From positions 608,001 to 672,000 of the forward strand of contig OZ250169.1 in NCBI GenBank assembly GCA_965237955.1: a stretch of 64,000 bases of DNA, read 5' to 3'. The DNA is from Candidatus Marinacidobacterales bacterium. Lineage in GTDB: Bacteria > Acidobacteriota > Vicinamibacteria > Marinacidobacterales > SMYC01. The number at the start of each line of letters is the position of its first letter. Within the stretch, counting starts at the first letter, position 1. A program made the translations under genes and the position numbers. Under the pieces are notes generated by a model. It saw only the letters and a list, made by a program, of their open reading frames with translations, was not told the DNA's origin and did no database searches. Below are positions 61,247 to 64,000 of the stretch, piece after piece.

Positions 61247-63220
61247 ATGAGCCCGCTCCTGCTGCTCATCTGGGGAGTGGCCTTGCTTTTCGTACCGGGC
61301 TATCTCATCGCTTTTTGTTTCGCCAAACCTGGAGAGACCCATGGTCGCGGCGAGATTGTGGCCTTCGTCATCGCGTGGGGCGCGGGTTGGCTGACGCTGC
61401 TCGGCATCGTCCTGCGCGCGTTGAATCTTCTATCGGCGGGCTGGCTCGTGGGCGTTACGATCGTCTTCGTCGCCCTCACCGCCTATTGTCTTCGGCGACG
61501 CGCACCACTCGCGCTTCGACCCACAGGGACGCTTTTTTTGGCTCTTCCTGATTGCCGTCCTCGCTTATGAGGCATCCATGCTGTGGGAAGTGAGGGACAA
61601 CACCTTCGGTACGGACAGCTATTACTGGGCCGGGGCGGCGACGCGGCTAGCGAGCGAGACACCTGTTGGCGTTGACGCCGCCTATCCCATCTTTCGATCG
61701 AACCCCACGGGCTACGCCTATCTCCTCGCCACGGCCGCCGCCATCGTCCCGGATCTGTACGAGGGGGAAAACGTCGTGGTCGTGGCGCTTTTTGGCAGCC
61801 GTCTCTCGAGAACCCTCGCCGCCAGCTCGGCCGCTCTTTTTACTGGGTCTACGCGGATTCGTGTGGGTAAGTTCTGACGGAAAAACAGTGTAACTCATTG
61901 TGTGGAAAAGGTATCGAGTACTTCATCAGGTGCTGAAAAGTGGTCCATTTTTAGGATAGGCTAACCGAGTGAAAAATTCCCAGTCGATCCGCTCGCTGTT
62001 TGCGCTGCCAGGTTTCGTGGTGTGCCGGATTGAAGGGTCTATTCGGTGACCGATACGCCCGCGTCATCCAGCTCAAGAGGCGAAAAAAACAGCTGTGTGC
62101 TCTTACTGTGGGCAACGGTGCCGGGGGCGCTATGACAAGCAAGTGTGCCGGGTCCGCGACCTGTCGTTGGCAGGCTGGCGGATCTATCTGGAATACGAGC
62201 GTTGGCGCGTCAACTGTCCTGGGTGCGGCGGTTTGCATGTAGAACACCTGGACTGGCTGGCGAACAACTCGCGCTACACCTAGCGTTTTGCGACGCATGT
62301 GGGCAAGCTGTGCCGGACAAGGCGGTGGCCGAGATGGAACGTCTGCGCCTCCTAGTTGAAGGGGTCAACAACAAAATCCGTGTGCTGCAACGACGCGCCT
62401 ACGGCTATCGCGACGAGGAATATCTCAAGCTGAAGATCGTGGCGGCTTTCCTTCCGCCATTACCCAGAAATGCCGTCTTCAACCCACACGAATCCGCGTA
62501 GACCCTTTTTACTTTGCTGGTTTTGATCGGGTAGTTACCTCAGGACTGGTACAAAAGCTCCTACGCTACTTGCCGGCTCATCGCTACTACACGTTCTATC
62601 CTCTGTCGGCGATCGTCTAGCTCGCGGCGATGGCCGAGCACGAGGCGTTCCCGCACGTCCTACTGGAAGCAGCCATGGCGGAAGGCCTCGTCCCCCGCCC
62701 CCGGTGCGAATTCCGTCGGTGGCGTGCCGGAGATCGTCGATGACGGCGTCCACAGCCTCCTAGCACCGGTCGACGAGCCGGGACGTTTTTAGAAAAAGCC
62801 GTGTCGGACCTCCTGTCGGTTCGAAACGCCGTCAGCAGCTGTCGAGCCGTGCCAGAGAACGCGCGCGCGATTTCGACTGTGACGAGACGTTGAGAAGAAC
62901 GATCGAGGTGCTCGAAGAGACCTTCTGATGACAGGCCGCTGATGAGCGCGTCCGCCGCGTGCCGAGCGGCAGCCATCGCATCTGCTGAGAGACCGGCCCA
63001 ATCGTCCCGTTGGGGCTACTCGACAGAATGAGATGTCGGCGGGCCGCTTCGAATGGCTGCTAACGCCGAAAATGGGGGAACAGCACACCGAGCGCAACCC
63101 TCAGCCGCGGAGTAGCGCGAAGTCCCGAAGCGGTAGCGAGCCGCGAGGAGCCGAGTTGAGATGATAAATGCCCGAAGCGCTGCACGTGAACGAGGAGTGG
63201 GCGCGCGATAATGCACTAGA
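61247..63220 (+). pseudogene. Degraded membrane protein (copy 2) interrupted by a mini-ISL3
   Basis: Mirror of 33910-35012. Confidence 0.6.
61845..62505 (+). mobile_element. Internally deleted non-autonomous ISL3 derivative (661 bp)
   Basis: Perfect 24 bp IRs; exact 8 bp TSD TTTTTACT (61837-44, 62506-13); empty site visible in arm 1 at ~34415. Confidence 0.95.
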
Positions 63221-63223
63221 AGC

Positions 63224-64000
63224 TTATTCGATCAGATAGATCGTCACCAGGCGGTTCTCGAACACCCGCTCGTAGCGTTGTTCCAATTCGAGCGTCTGGC
63301 GCGTGAGCCCGATGGCCGCCTCTAACTCATGGCTGTACACCACGTGTGTGACACGAAACGGCAGGCCGTCCTGACCATCGGGGGAGGAGAGCAGAGCGTC
63401 CAGATACTCTCGACCCTTCCGATAGGGCACGAGAACTTGACGGCCCGTCAGCGCCGGGATCCAAAACGCGGCGATGCCGTCCGCAACGAGCACGTCCGTA
63501 CCTTTGGTCGCCTCGAGCACCCAGTCTCGAAGCTCGACAACCGGGCCCGGCAACGGCTCTCGGGCAACGCGGAAATGCCCGTCCATGATCTCCGGATTGC
63601 GCCAGTACGGAGCGACGAGGGGCGTGACGACGAGGATCACCACGAGCGTCGACGCCGCGACCGACACGCTGGCCCGCGGCATCCGGGATGCGATGAGTTC
63701 GAGTAGCCGCCAGGCTCCCACTCCCGCCGCAACGGAGAGCACGAAGTCGAGAAAATAGTAGAACTCGTCTGCCTCTCGCGCCTGTGCGGTGAGATAGCCG
63801 ACGTAGTTGACGCCCCAGAGCAGGTAGGCCGAGAGGAGAAGTGCCAGCCACAGCAGATCCCGCTTCAGACCCCCCCGCCACCAGACCGACGCCCCGACGA
63901 TCGCCAGAAAGAAGAGGAGCGCACGGTCGAACGTGACCAGCAGCAGGAGTGAGCTTCCCACCGGGCGCATGTCACCCCAGGCGCTTCGGGAGGGCACCTC
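63224..64000 (-). CDS. Multi-pass GT-C-like membrane protein (copy 2, 3' part, in frame)
   Basis: Reads through WIPALTGRQVL to the stop; 5' part lies outside the window. Confidence 0.75.
   Translation of the reverse strand, partial: EVPSRSAWGDMRPVGSSLLLLVTFDRALLFFLAIVGASVWWRGGLKRDLLWLALLLSAYLLWGVNYVGYLTAQAREADEFYYFLDFVLSVAAGVGAWRLLELIASRMPRASVSVAASTLVVILVVTPLVAPYWRNPEIMDGHFRVAREPLPGPVVELRDWVLEATKGTDVLVADGIAAFWIPALTGRQVLVPYRKGREYLDALLSSPDGQDGLPFRVTHVVYSHELEAAIGLTRQTLELEQRYERVFENRLVTIYLIE

Larger units (their letters stand above)
53246..64000 (-). repeat. Arm 2 of the inverted duplication (continues past the window)
   Basis: Reverse complement of 33128-43011 plus a 669 bp and a 201 bp extra segment. 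Confidence 0.98.

Noticed and set aside
33128-64000. Inverted duplication as a pure assembly artefact
   Set aside because: Arm-specific IS with TSD, a 201 bp indel and SNP clusters argue for two loci, though haplotype mixing needs long reads to exclude

Overview
GC-rich, IS-saturated accessory island built around a decaying cell-surface glycan modification cluster. The cluster contains GT4 and GT2 glycosyltransferases, a DUF2304 partner, several multi-pass GT-C-like membrane proteins, a Wzx-type flippase, SAM methyltransferases, two sulfotransferases and a sulfatase-fold protein. About 9.9 kb of it (33128-43011) recurs as an inverted near-identical copy (53246-64000, running off the window) around a 10.2 kb spacer. 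Mobile DNA includes a DUF2924 + large serine recombinase module, IS256, two ISL3 types, IS21, a ParB-carrying IS21-like element, several IS3 elements, IS1 and IS5 scraps, group II intron remnants and several MITEs. There are also two IS110-family elements; the IS1111-type one has a non-coding RNA whose guide segments visibly match its own flanks. A ~53 bp end sequence (GTCCTGTGCCAAAACTC...AATCAGCAGCTTAG) occurs 7 times and sits at many rearrangement breakpoints. A two-gene RexAB/DUF4747-like candidate anti-phage module lies between two group II intron 3' ends. No rRNA, tRNA or CRISPR array was seen. All family assignments come from motifs recognised by eye, not from database searches.
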